DNA of 32,000 nucleotides from Candidatus Saccharimonadota bacterium (GTDB lineage Bacteria; Patescibacteriota; Saccharimonadia; Saccharimonadales; Saccharimonadaceae). The position numbers and the translations under genes were made by a program. Under the pieces are notes generated by a model. It was not told the origin of the DNA. It searched no databases and saw only the letters and a list, made by a program, of their open reading frames with translations. Shown in pieces: positions 8,909-16,178 of the stretch (the stretch's first letter is position 1; each line of letters opens with the position of its first letter). The stretch spans positions 210,001 through 242,000 of the forward strand of contig CP011211.1 in NCBI GenBank assembly GCA_001029695.1, given 5' to 3'.

Positions 8909-9084
8909 TTAAACCAGAACCGTATAGGCGGACGGTGACGGCCGTGTCCTTTACTCTAGCTAAGCCCGACGGAACTTCCCCGCTATCTCCTGTCGACTGG
9001 ATTGTCGAAGGACGTATTATTGTGTGACTTTTAGCTAGACGATTGCATATCTAACTTTGCGCGAGTCACATTTCACGCTGACCA

Positions 9085-9378
9085 CTAAAACCGCTGTGTG
9101 CGGCTTCGAGCGAGGTCAAACAAACCGCTGACACACAGCGCACAGGCGATCATAACCATTACTACGACAATAGTGCCGGTGTCGGCCTGCGCATGACGCA
9201 GTGCGCCCCACATCCCAAAGGAAAGGCCACTCAAACAAAGAGCAGCACCCGCAAGGACTCTCCATACAGAAGTGTGAAACTTTTCTTCACTATGGTAGGT
9301 TTTCGCGCTCATTATAAGTGCGAAAATAGTAGCCATGATAAAAACAAAAGCCGCTGCGATGAGAACGTTCGAGAGCAT
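9085..9378 (-). CDS. Small hypothetical membrane protein (3 predicted TM helices)
   Basis: 97-aa ORF with three hydrophobic segments. AGGAG lies 5 nt upstream of the ATG at 9378. I recognise no family. Confidence 0.6.
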   Translation of the reverse strand: MLSNVLIAAAFVFIMATIFALIMSAKTYHSEEKFHTSVWRVLAGAALCLSGLSFGMWGALRHAQADTGTIVVVMVMIACALCVSGLFDLARSRTQRF

Positions 9379-9525
9379 ATGAGCTCCTAGCTTCGTGCGT
9401 CAAGGTGGATTCACCTCTAAAAACGCATATTAGTATATATATCAGACTATGACCTATTCGTCAATATACACAATAGTAGCCACCTTCGTTCCTTTCATAA
9501 CACTTCGCGGATTCCTGTGCTAACA

Positions 9526-9555
9526 AAATCCCCCACCAGTAGCGGCAGGGGATTT
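9526..9555 (-). terminator. Candidate terminator after nusA
   Basis: AAATCCCC / GGGGATTT forms an 8-bp stem with a 14-nt loop, immediately downstream of the nusA stop. The U-tract is weak (TTGTT). Confidence 0.45.
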
Positions 9556-9575
9556 ATAAATTTCAGCCAAATAGC

Positions 9576-10703
9576 CTACTCTTCCGTAGCGTCTTCAACA
9601 GCATTCAAAAGGCTATCTTCGATATTCTTCTTTGGTGCTTTTGGCTCCGCTGGCTTTGGCGCTTCAGCTGTCTCGATGTCAAGTTCATAGCCCGTAAGGC
9701 GGCTCGCAAGACGAACGTTCTGACCACCACGGCCAATCGCAATCGACTGCTGATCTTCGTTCACATATACACGAGCACGCTTAGCGGCTTCGTCAATTTC
9801 GACTTTTACCACCTCTGCGGGGCTAAGTGCGTTTCGGATAAACTGTTCGTTATTCTCATCAAAAGTAATGATATCAATCTTCTCTTGATCACCAATCTCA
9901 TTCATGACAGCCTGGACACGTGTCCCGTGACCACCGACAAATGTACCTACTGGATCAACGCCAGGAACAGTACTGTTTACTGCAAGCTTTGTGCGACGAC
10001 CGGCTTCACGAGCGATTGCTTTGATTTCCACTGCGCCAGTTTCCATCTCTGGAACTTCTTGGCGGAAGAGGTATTCAACAAACGCTTCATTGCCACGGCT
10101 CAAAATCAGCTGAGGTCCGCGATTATCACGCTCGATATCCTTGATAAACACCTTGATGCGGCTTCCGATGCTATAAAATTCACCCTGAATCTGCTCACTC
10201 TGAGGAATAATACCCGTTGCCTTGCCAAGCTCAACGCGGATGACACGTGGCTCGACACGCTGAACAGTACCGTTCACGATAGTGCCAATCTTGTCTTCGT
10301 ACTCTTCAAGCACAACTTCACGCTCTGCTTCACGAAGACGCTGCAAAACAACCTGCTTCGCCGTCTGCGCTGCAACACGGCCAAAGCTCACTACTTCGTG
10401 CTTCTCTTCGACAGTATCACCCACTTCAGCATCAGCTTTAAGCTTCCGTGCGTCATCTAGGCTAATTTCGACTGCATCGCTACCAACTTCTTCGACAACT
10501 TCACGAGATACGAAAACATTTGCCGTACCGTCGTTTGTATTGAGCTCTGCACGCACTTCCTGGTCTCGCTCGCCGTTGTCGCGACGCCATGCAGCAGCGA
10601 TCGCCTGCTCGATAACGCTAAGAACTGTTTCCTCGGGGAGATTCTTCTCTTCTGCAATAGTTCGGACCGCGAGCGTAAGCTGCTTGATGTTTATATCTTC
10701 CAT
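9576..10703 (-). CDS. nusA: Transcription termination/antitermination factor NusA
   Basis: N-terminal domain, S1 domain (GTIVNGTVQRVEPRVIRVELGKATGIIP) and two KH domains (VPGVDPVGTFVGGHGTRVQAV; IAIGRGGQNVRLASRLTGYELDI). I chose the ATG at 10703 (MEDINIKQL...), which has AAGGA upstream. The ORF-track extension to 10805 is hydrophobic and implausible. Confidence 0.93.
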   Translation of the reverse strand: MEDINIKQLTLAVRTIAEEKNLPEETVLSVIEQAIAAAWRRDNGERDQEVRAELNTNDGTANVFVSREVVEEVGSDAVEISLDDARKLKADAEVGDTVEEKHEVVSFGRVAAQTAKQVVLQRLREAEREVVLEEYEDKIGTIVNGTVQRVEPRVIRVELGKATGIIPQSEQIQGEFYSIGSRIKVFIKDIERDNRGPQLILSRGNEAFVEYLFRQEVPEMETGAVEIKAIAREAGRRTKLAVNSTVPGVDPVGTFVGGHGTRVQAVMNEIGDQEKIDIITFDENNEQFIRNALSPAEVVKVEIDEAAKRARVYVNEDQQSIAIGRGGQNVRLASRLTGYELDIETAEAPKPAEPKAPKKNIEDSLLNAVEDATEE

Positions 10704-10730
10704 GATAGATGTATCCTTTCGTCTTTTATG

Positions 10731-10754
10731 AAAAAATCCGACCTGCCGGCCGGA
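10731..10754 (-). terminator. Candidate weak terminator/attenuator in the nusA leader
   Basis: The minus strand reads UCCGG-ccggcagg-UCGGA followed by UUUUUU. It lies between the predicted nusA promoter and the Shine-Dalgarno. The stem is only 5 bp. Confidence 0.3.
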
Positions 10755-10770
10755 ATAATGTACTACATGT

Positions 10771-10779
10771 AGTATACCA
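10771..10779 (-). promoter_or_regulatory. Extended -10 promoter (TGGTATACT) for nusA
   Basis: The minus strand reads TGGTATACT about 67 nt upstream of the nusA ATG. It overlaps the 14-nt perfect palindrome TACTACATGTAGTA (10761-10774). Confidence 0.5.
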
Positions 10780-10857
10780 TAGACAAAAATATGCAGCAAT
10801 ATCAATCAAAACATCTTTCCACCCTTACTGACTAAAACATCCAGTCAATGCTAGCTA

Positions 10858-10886
10858 TTGTAAATATAAGCATTTTGGTGTATAAT
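10858..10886 (+). promoter_or_regulatory. Promoter of the J-domain gene (leaderless configuration)
   Basis: -35 TTGTAA (10858-10863), 17-nt spacer, -10 TATAAT (10881-10886). The ATG at 10894 is only 7 nt downstream and there is no Shine-Dalgarno. Confidence 0.6.
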
Positions 10887-10893
10887 ATACATT

Positions 10894-11328
10894 ATGAATC
10901 ATAGTCAAATTCTCGGAGTACGTGCAGACGCGCCCAAGGAAGAGATTCAAGCCGCCTTCCGCAAGGCAGCACTCGAAACACACCCAGATCACAGCAACTC
11001 CCCAGAGGCAGCAGAAGCCTTTGCTCGCATCAAACACGCACGCGACGAGCTAATGCAGCGCGCAGAGCATAAGAACACTACTGATGACCTACAAAGCTCC
11101 GTAGCCAGCGCCGTCAAAGCAACCACAAATGCCGCCTACTCTAAAGTAACCGATGATCTTTACGATGGCTTCACTCCCGAGGAGATCCTTCATATTCAAA
11201 TGCTTGACCAGATAGTCGCAAACAAACCCAAGCGAAGTCTTTTTAAACGCGTCAAAGAATCAGCAGAAGTCCGTCGTCACCGGAGAAAAATCGCTACCAC
11301 AAACGATAGAATAATCGGTAAATATTAA
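10894..11328 (+). CDS. J-domain (DnaJ-like) protein
   Basis: 144 aa. The N-terminal J domain reads ILGVRADAPKEEIQAAFRKAALETHPDHSNSPEAAEAFARIKHARDEL and carries the HPD tripeptide. There is no Gly/Phe or zinc-finger region. The C-terminal half is uncharacterised and basic. Confidence 0.8.
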   Translation: MNHSQILGVRADAPKEEIQAAFRKAALETHPDHSNSPEAAEAFARIKHARDELMQRAEHKNTTDDLQSSVASAVKATTNAAYSKVTDDLYDGFTPEEILHIQMLDQIVANKPKRSLFKRVKESAEVRRHRRKIATTNDRIIGKY

Positions 11329-11333
11329 CTATC

Positions 11334-12038
11334 CTACAATCCTTTCGGAAGTAATTGACCAGGACACAACCTGAGCACATCAGCCATTACATCTCGTTCC
11401 GCTTGCGTTACCCATAGCTTATACTTTTGTTTCACCGCGATCTGACGTGCGACATACTGACAGCGAAATGGCTTGTACTCAGGTAGCCACGTCGCTGCAT
11501 CGCCATCCGATTTAGCCTGATTCGCTGGTCCATCAACAGCCAGCAGCTCCAAAGGGTCGTTCGCAAGTTCAATTCTCCGCTCTTTCGTAAGCTGCTGTGC
11601 GCCCTTTTGCCATGCATCGCTTAGTGCCACAACATGATCAATCTGCACTTTATCGCTCGTGGTTGCACCTCGTAAAAATCGTATTTGACTACCCGTATAA
11701 GGATCATTAAGAAGCCCGCTCATCACTTTACAATCAGCCGCCACGACTGACTCACTTAAATCTCGATGCAAAATAATATTTCTCGTGTCGCAGCCATTTG
11801 CTCGTAGCCAACCATCTCCAAACTGCGACCGAGAATAATCTGTCTTTGGAGCGCGTCCTTTCACAGGAAGCGTTGCAAGTGCGTCAGCAGCAACACCGGT
11901 CGGCTGCTGCACGCTCTGAGGCCTCTCAAATGGCGTTGAACTACGAGACTGCCAAAATACCGACAGCTGCAGTATTCCGATAATCAGCAGCGCTGCAATT
12001 GCACTCATACCCGTTAATCGACGACGACGTAGTTTCAT
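11334..12038 (-). CDS. DUF1524/HNH-type nuclease with N-terminal membrane/signal anchor (GmrSD C-terminal-domain-like)
   Basis: N-terminal signal anchor (MKLRRRRLTGMSAIAALLIIGILQL). His-Me-finger-like blocks QIDHVVALSDAW and LLAVDGPANQAKSDGD are typical of DUF1524. I chose the ATG at 12038; the ORF-track start at 12068 is TTG. Confidence 0.72.
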   Translation of the reverse strand: MKLRRRRLTGMSAIAALLIIGILQLSVFWQSRSSTPFERPQSVQQPTGVAADALATLPVKGRAPKTDYSRSQFGDGWLRANGCDTRNIILHRDLSESVVAADCKVMSGLLNDPYTGSQIRFLRGATTSDKVQIDHVVALSDAWQKGAQQLTKERRIELANDPLELLAVDGPANQAKSDGDAATWLPEYKPFRCQYVARQIAVKQKYKLWVTQAERDVMADVLRLCPGQLLPKGL

Positions 12039-12048
12039 ATACGTAACC

Positions 12049-12054
12049 AGTATA
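12049..12054 (-). promoter_or_regulatory. Candidate -10 box (TATACT) 10 nt upstream of the nuclease ATG
   Basis: The minus strand reads TATACT-ggttacgtat-ATG, with no Shine-Dalgarno. Confidence 0.35.
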
Positions 12055-12072
12055 CGACTCGCTCGCAACCTT

Positions 12073-12081
12073 TGCTACAAT
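12073..12081 (+). promoter_or_regulatory. Extended -10 promoter (TGCTACAAT) for pepN (leaderless configuration)
   Basis: TGCTACAAT is followed by 7 nt (agagagt) and then the ATG at 12089. There is no Shine-Dalgarno. Confidence 0.6.
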
Positions 12082-12088
12082 AGAGAGT

Positions 12089-14611
12089 ATGCATACTGTA
12101 ACTAGACTTCTTGATCACTTTATCCCAAATCACTACAACCTTTCACTCGACATCAATCGTATTGGACGAACATTCCATGGTACCGTATCGATCGAGGGGG
12201 TTGTGCTTGAGGGGAATACCCAGCTTACCCTCCACGCAAAAGAACTTGAGATCGAGTCTATCCTCATAGATGGCAAGCTCGGAGAAATCGTCAGCCATAA
12301 TGGAGATGAGCTCGTTATCACTCAAGAAAACCTCCAGCCTGGTGCGCACATTATCGTCATCGGCTACCGAGGCGGTATTACCGATGCGATGCACGGCCTT
12401 TACCCTTGCTACTACGAACATGCAGGCGTCAAAAAAGAACTCATTGCAACGCAATTTGAAAGCCATCATGCTCGCGAAGTCTTTCCGTGTATCGATGAAC
12501 CAGCAGCCAAAGCAACCTTTGACGTCACGCTTGTGACCGAAGATGACATTGTTGTACTCGGTAATATGCCGGTTAAGTTTCAGGACAGCGATGGACGTAA
12601 ACTGACTACAACGTTTGAAACATCTCCACGAATGAGCACTTACCTTCTTGCCTTTGTCGCAGGTGAACTGCAAAAGAAAAGCGCCAAGACAAAAGACGAC
12701 GTCGAAGTAAATGTATGGGCAACACCTGCTCAGCCTGCCGAAAGCCTCGACTTCGCACTTGATATCGCCGTGCGGACTATAGAGTTTTACAATGATTATT
12801 TTGGAACTGCCTACCCACTTCCAAAAAGTGACCATGTCGCACTTCCCGACTTCGGGAGTGGTGCTATGGAAAACTGGGGCCTCATTACGTATCGTGAAGT
12901 TGCCCTCCTCGCAGATCCCGCCACCACAAGCATCAGCAGTCGTCAGTATATCGCCACAGTTGTCGCCCACGAACTTGCTCATCAATGGTTCGGAAACCTC
13001 GTTACGATGCGATGGTGGGATGATCTCTGGCTCAATGAAAGCTTTGCGACCCTCATGGAGTACATAGCTGTTGACGCACTAGAGCCGGACTGGAATATTT
13101 GGCTTGATTTTGCGACCAACGAAAGCATTGTTGCGCTTCGTCGCGACAGCATCGACGGAGTCCAGCCAGTCCAGGTAGAAGTCCACCACCCAGATGAGAT
13201 TAGTACGATCTTTGACGGTGCGATCGTGTATGCAAAAGGTGCTCGACTCCTCCGAATGCTCCAGCATTATGTCGGTGACGAAGCATTCCAATCAGGCCTA
13301 AAAGAGTACTTCCGTGTTCATGCCTACAAAAATACTATCGGCAACGATCTTTGGCGCGTAATCAGCGATGCAAGCGACAAAGACATTGCATCACTTATGA
13401 ATACTTGGATATCTCAACCTGGATTCCCTGTGGTTCACGCTGAAAAAACTGACGGCACAATTACACTCAGTCAAAAGCAGTTCTTCGTTGGCCCTCACGC
13501 TTCATCTGAGCGCATCTGGCCTCTCCCGCTCAACGCCTCAGCGAGTGAGCTGCCAGACCTCTTCGACAGTACCTCGGAAAGCTACGCTGTTTCAAATGTA
13601 AAGAATTTCCGACTCAACCAAAATGACACAGCTCATTTCATCACTCACTACGACAAAGCACTTCAAGATGATCTCGCTAGCGCAGTAAAGCGAGGTGAGC
13701 TCTCTACAATTGATCGCATTCAGATTCTTGACGAGGCGACACTTCTTGCACGTGGCGGCGTCATGACAACCGCTGAGCTACTACCACTCATTACTGCCTA
13801 CAAAGATGAAACATCTGAGCCAGTATGGAATATTATCGCTATGGCGCTAAGTGAACTACGCAAGTTCACGGAAGATTCACTAGAAGCCGAGAAAAAGCTT
13901 CGTAGCCTCACCGGAGATATCGCCCGTGCCCAGTATGAACGACTCGGCTGGACAAGCCTCCCAGAAGAGACAGAAGAAGATACAAAGCTCCGAAGTACGA
14001 TCCTCAGCATGACACTCTATGGCGAAAATAAAGAAGCAATCGCGCACGCACGCGAACTATACGACTCGCATAGTCTCACAGAACTTGATCCTGAGCTCCG
14101 CCCGCTGATTATATCAAGTGTTGCTCGCTACGGTGATGAGCAAATTGTTGAAGATCTTTTAGAGCAGTACAAAGAGACACAGCTCAGTGATCTTCGCGAA
14201 GATATCTGCATAGGAATCACGAGTACTCGTATTCCCGAAAAAATCGATCAACTCCTCGATACCATTCGCGACTCATCGATCGTGCGCCCCCAGGATGCCG
14301 CTCGCTGGTTCGTCTACCTCATTCGCGGACGTGACAGCAAAGAAGCAACGTGGCAATGGATTCAAGATAACTGGCAGTGGGTCATTGATACGTTTGGCGG
14401 TGACAAGAGTTACGATGATTATCCACGCTATAGCGCGAGCGCGCTCTCTACACCTGAGCAACTACAGCAGTATAAAGACTTCTTTGGTCCGAAAAAAGAA
14501 ATTGCAGCTCTTACTCGAGTTATAGGCATGGGTATTAGCGAGATTGAAGGTCGCGTCGAGCTCATCGAGCGCGATAAAGCAGCAGTCCAAACGGCATTAC
14601 TCGAGCTCTAG
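12089..14611 (+). CDS. pepN: Aminopeptidase N (M1 family)
   Basis: 840 aa. GAMENWG exopeptidase motif and the HELAHQWFGNLVT...WLNESFA (HExxH-X18-E) zinc site, followed by a long helical C-terminal domain. Confidence 0.93.
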   Translation: MHTVTRLLDHFIPNHYNLSLDINRIGRTFHGTVSIEGVVLEGNTQLTLHAKELEIESILIDGKLGEIVSHNGDELVITQENLQPGAHIIVIGYRGGITDAMHGLYPCYYEHAGVKKELIATQFESHHAREVFPCIDEPAAKATFDVTLVTEDDIVVLGNMPVKFQDSDGRKLTTTFETSPRMSTYLLAFVAGELQKKSAKTKDDVEVNVWATPAQPAESLDFALDIAVRTIEFYNDYFGTAYPLPKSDHVALPDFGSGAMENWGLITYREVALLADPATTSISSRQYIATVVAHELAHQWFGNLVTMRWWDDLWLNESFATLMEYIAVDALEPDWNIWLDFATNESIVALRRDSIDGVQPVQVEVHHPDEISTIFDGAIVYAKGARLLRMLQHYVGDEAFQSGLKEYFRVHAYKNTIGNDLWRVISDASDKDIASLMNTWISQPGFPVVHAEKTDGTITLSQKQFFVGPHASSERIWPLPLNASASELPDLFDSTSESYAVSNVKNFRLNQNDTAHFITHYDKALQDDLASAVKRGELSTIDRIQILDEATLLARGGVMTTAELLPLITAYKDETSEPVWNIIAMALSELRKFTEDSLEAEKKLRSLTGDIARAQYERLGWTSLPEETEEDTKLRSTILSMTLYGENKEAIAHARELYDSHSLTELDPELRPLIISSVARYGDEQIVEDLLEQYKETQLSDLREDICIGITSTRIPEKIDQLLDTIRDSSIVRPQDAARWFVYLIRGRDSKEATWQWIQDNWQWVIDTFGGDKSYDDYPRYSASALSTPEQLQQYKDFFGPKKEIAALTRVIGMGISEIEGRVELIERDKAAVQTALLEL

Positions 14612-15565
14612 GTACGTCTCTATCACGGGCGGCATACCCGTCAGCGTCAGGACATTGAGCCGCAAATCACTGTCCTGGATAGACTGTATCTGAGCATACA
14701 ACTTCGCGGCAAACTTCATTTGCTCCAGCTTTTTGCCCGTTATAGCCGCGATTCCGCCTCCTTGATGTGGTGTTTTACGATATTTGACCTCAGTGAAATA
14801 TATCGTATCGTCTTTGCTAGAAACAATATCTATCTCACAGTATTTCGTCTTCCAGTTGCGCTCAATGACACTATGACCCTCACGAACAAGGTAATTTGTC
14901 GCTTCTGTTTCCGCTTTATCGCCAATCGCTTTTGTCGTTATTACCTGAGTAGAGTTTTGATTCCCTGCTTTTGTCGAAACATCCACAGAGCTACCGCCTA
15001 AATCCTGGTACTTCTTTAGCGGCGCAAACGATAGTCGATGGAGCGGTGTCACCCCAAGCTCCGCTATCGCGGCCATATGAGCAGCTGTTCCATACCCTAC
15101 ATGCGAAGTGAACTTATAGCCAGGGTACATACTGTCTTGCTCTGCCATATAGGTATCTCGCGCTACCTTTGCGATAATAGATGCAGCCGAAACGCTCGGT
15201 ACGAGCAAATCCGCCTTTTTCATCGTCGTGACGTAGCCCGCCTTTGTCGTATCGGACAAAAAATTAATAGTTCCATCGATAATAATCTCGTGATATGGCG
15301 CAGTAATTTGCTCGACAGCTCTCCTTGTCGCAAGTCGTAGCGCCTCAGATAACCCAATCTCATCTATTTCATGAGCATGTACCCATCCTAGCCCAAACCC
15401 TGCCGCTTGCTCGCGAATCGCTAGGTCAAGCTCGACTCGACGTTTCTTCGACAGCTTCTTGCTATCAGTCAGCCCTTCAATCTCAACACCACCAAGCACG
15501 ACCGCCCCAATCACGAGTGGCCCTGCCCATGGCCCGCGACCAACTTCATCAATACCAAGAATCAT
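14597..15565 (-). CDS. rnhB: Ribonuclease HII fused to a YraN/UPF0102-family (PD-(D/E)xK-like) endonuclease domain
   Basis: The N-terminal ~190 aa match RNase HII (ILGIDEVGRGPWAGPLV, DSKKLS, ASIIAK...HVGYGT). A linker of about 30 aa follows. The C-terminal ~110 aa carry the YraN pattern (GDKAETEATNYLVREGHSVIERNWKTKYCEIDIVS...IYFTEVKYRK). It is a single uninterrupted ORF. Confidence 0.88.
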   Translation of the reverse strand: MILGIDEVGRGPWAGPLVIGAVVLGGVEIEGLTDSKKLSKKRRVELDLAIREQAAGFGLGWVHAHEIDEIGLSEALRLATRRAVEQITAPYHEIIIDGTINFLSDTTKAGYVTTMKKADLLVPSVSAASIIAKVARDTYMAEQDSMYPGYKFTSHVGYGTAAHMAAIAELGVTPLHRLSFAPLKKYQDLGGSSVDVSTKAGNQNSTQVITTKAIGDKAETEATNYLVREGHSVIERNWKTKYCEIDIVSSKDDTIYFTEVKYRKTPHQGGGIAAITGKKLEQMKFAAKLYAQIQSIQDSDLRLNVLTLTGMPPVIETYLELE

Positions 15566-15583
15566 ATAGTTTATTGTACTATA

Positions 15584-15612
15584 TTGCTATTATATTGATA
15601 ATATGCTATAAT
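15584..15612 (+). promoter_or_regulatory. Strong plus-strand promoter of the orphan unit
   Basis: -35 TTGCTA (15584-15589), 17-nt spacer, extended -10 TGCTATAAT (15604-15612). It points away from rnhB into the 15.6-16.2 kb region. Confidence 0.6.
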
Positions 15613-15652
15613 AAATATGTTACTAGCGCGTACATCAACATAGACAGGAAAT

Positions 15653-16066
15653 ATGAACATTTTTGTGATTCTAGGCATAGTCACCCAGCTTGTCACTCAA
15701 GCAGCAGCTATGCTTAGTAGTAAACCTTCGGTATCGATTGCTCATTTCAGAATCTTGCTCCAACACAGCCGACACGTTAACACACTTGTCATCGGCACCA
15801 CGAACGCATGGTGTGGCAATTGTAGTCAAGTTGCTAAGTTCTCAATCGACAGACATAAGCGCTGTACCGGCTGTTCAGTTGAGTGGAGGCACTGTGCCGT
15901 GAAGCAACGTGAGGGCACACATGAAGATACGGCTATCCGTCTTAGCGTACACATGCAACTGTTTCACTTGCCCTACATTGGCGTGTCAACAGGACGTGCC
16001 GCAAATAGAGATGGCGTCCATTACCCCTATTTTAAGGAGGAATATCATCGCCCGATAGCTAGTTAA
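15653..16066 (+). CDS. Hypothetical 137-aa Cys/His/Arg-rich protein (coding status uncertain)
   Basis: This is the only long ORF in the region. It has a hydrophobic N-terminus and CxxC-X14-CxxC (WCGNCS...RCTGCS). His is about 7% and the composition is unlike neighbouring proteins. The AGGA lies only ~3 nt from the ATG. Two other plus frames are also open here, which argues for non-coding, structured RNA. Confidence 0.3.
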   Translation: MNIFVILGIVTQLVTQAAAMLSSKPSVSIAHFRILLQHSRHVNTLVIGTTNAWCGNCSQVAKFSIDRHKRCTGCSVEWRHCAVKQREGTHEDTAIRLSVHMQLFHLPYIGVSTGRAANRDGVHYPYFKEEYHRPIAS

Positions 16067-16071
16067 CGACA

Positions 16072-16107
16072 CTGATGGTGAGGTGGCTCACGTCACCTCA
16101 CCATCAG
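16072..16107 (+). other. 14-bp perfect GC-rich hairpin without a U-tract
   Basis: CTGATGGTGAGGTG-gctcacgt-CACCTCACCATCAG begins 6 nt after the stop of the 137-aa ORF. Confidence 0.7.
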
Positions 16108-16136
16108 ACACTATCCTACTTTAGATACAAATTAAT

Positions 16137-16160
16137 AAAACCCCGAGAGATCGGGGTTTT
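16137..16160. terminator. Bidirectional intrinsic terminator (rplS / orphan unit)
   Basis: AAAACCCCGA-gaga-TCGGGGTTTT has T-rich sequence on both strands. It lies 19 nt downstream of the rplS stop. Confidence 0.8.
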
Positions 16161-16178
16161 ATTACTGTAGCAAGTGAA

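Noticed and set aside
8823-9084. SRP (4.5S) RNA, RNase P RNA or a tRNA in the clpC-upstream spacer
   Set aside because: CCAG...CTGG ends and GGAA-containing segments looked SRP-like at first. However, no GNRA-capped helix 8 or AGCAGC motif can be drawn, there is no tRNA T-loop (GTTCGAATC-like), and the region is too short for RNase P.
9885-10460. 191-aa plus-strand ORF, and the 149-aa ORF at 10282-10731
   Set aside because: Both are antisense to nusA. They are low-complexity or Cys-rich translations with no start context. They are shadow ORFs.
10704-10805. 34-codon N-terminal extension of nusA
   Set aside because: The translation (MILLHIFVYGILHVVHY...) is hydrophobic and unlike NusA, and it spans the predicted promoter and leader. 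The ATG at 10703 has a Shine-Dalgarno and gives a canonical NusA N-terminus.
12143-12985. 280-aa minus-strand ORF
   Set aside because: It lies entirely antisense to the well-supported pepN CDS. It has a Cys/Phe/Arg-rich, non-protein-like composition and no Shine-Dalgarno or promoter. It is a shadow ORF.
14597-14611. 15-nt overlap of the convergent pepN and rnhB-yraN 3' ends around the palindrome CTCGAGCTC
   Set aside because: Short convergent overlaps are common in compact genomes. There is no hairpin or regulatory signal beyond the trivial palindrome.
15325-15717. 130-aa plus-strand ORF spanning the rnhB start and the AT-rich promoter region
   Set aside because: It is antisense to rnhB for half its length and crosses the intergenic promoter. 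The composition is not protein-like.
15566-16178. RNase P RNA, tmRNA, SRP RNA or a decayed lepB pseudogene in the rnhB-rplS gap
   Set aside because: I looked on both strands and found none of the following: the RNase P P4 motifs (GAGGAAAGUCC / ACAGAAxCCGGCUUA), a tmRNA GGGG 5' end with T-arm and CCA end, or the SRP GGAAGCAGC helix-8 motif. Minus-strand translations show only short fragments with no signal-peptidase boxes. The region is kept as an unexplained finding, not as a named RNA.
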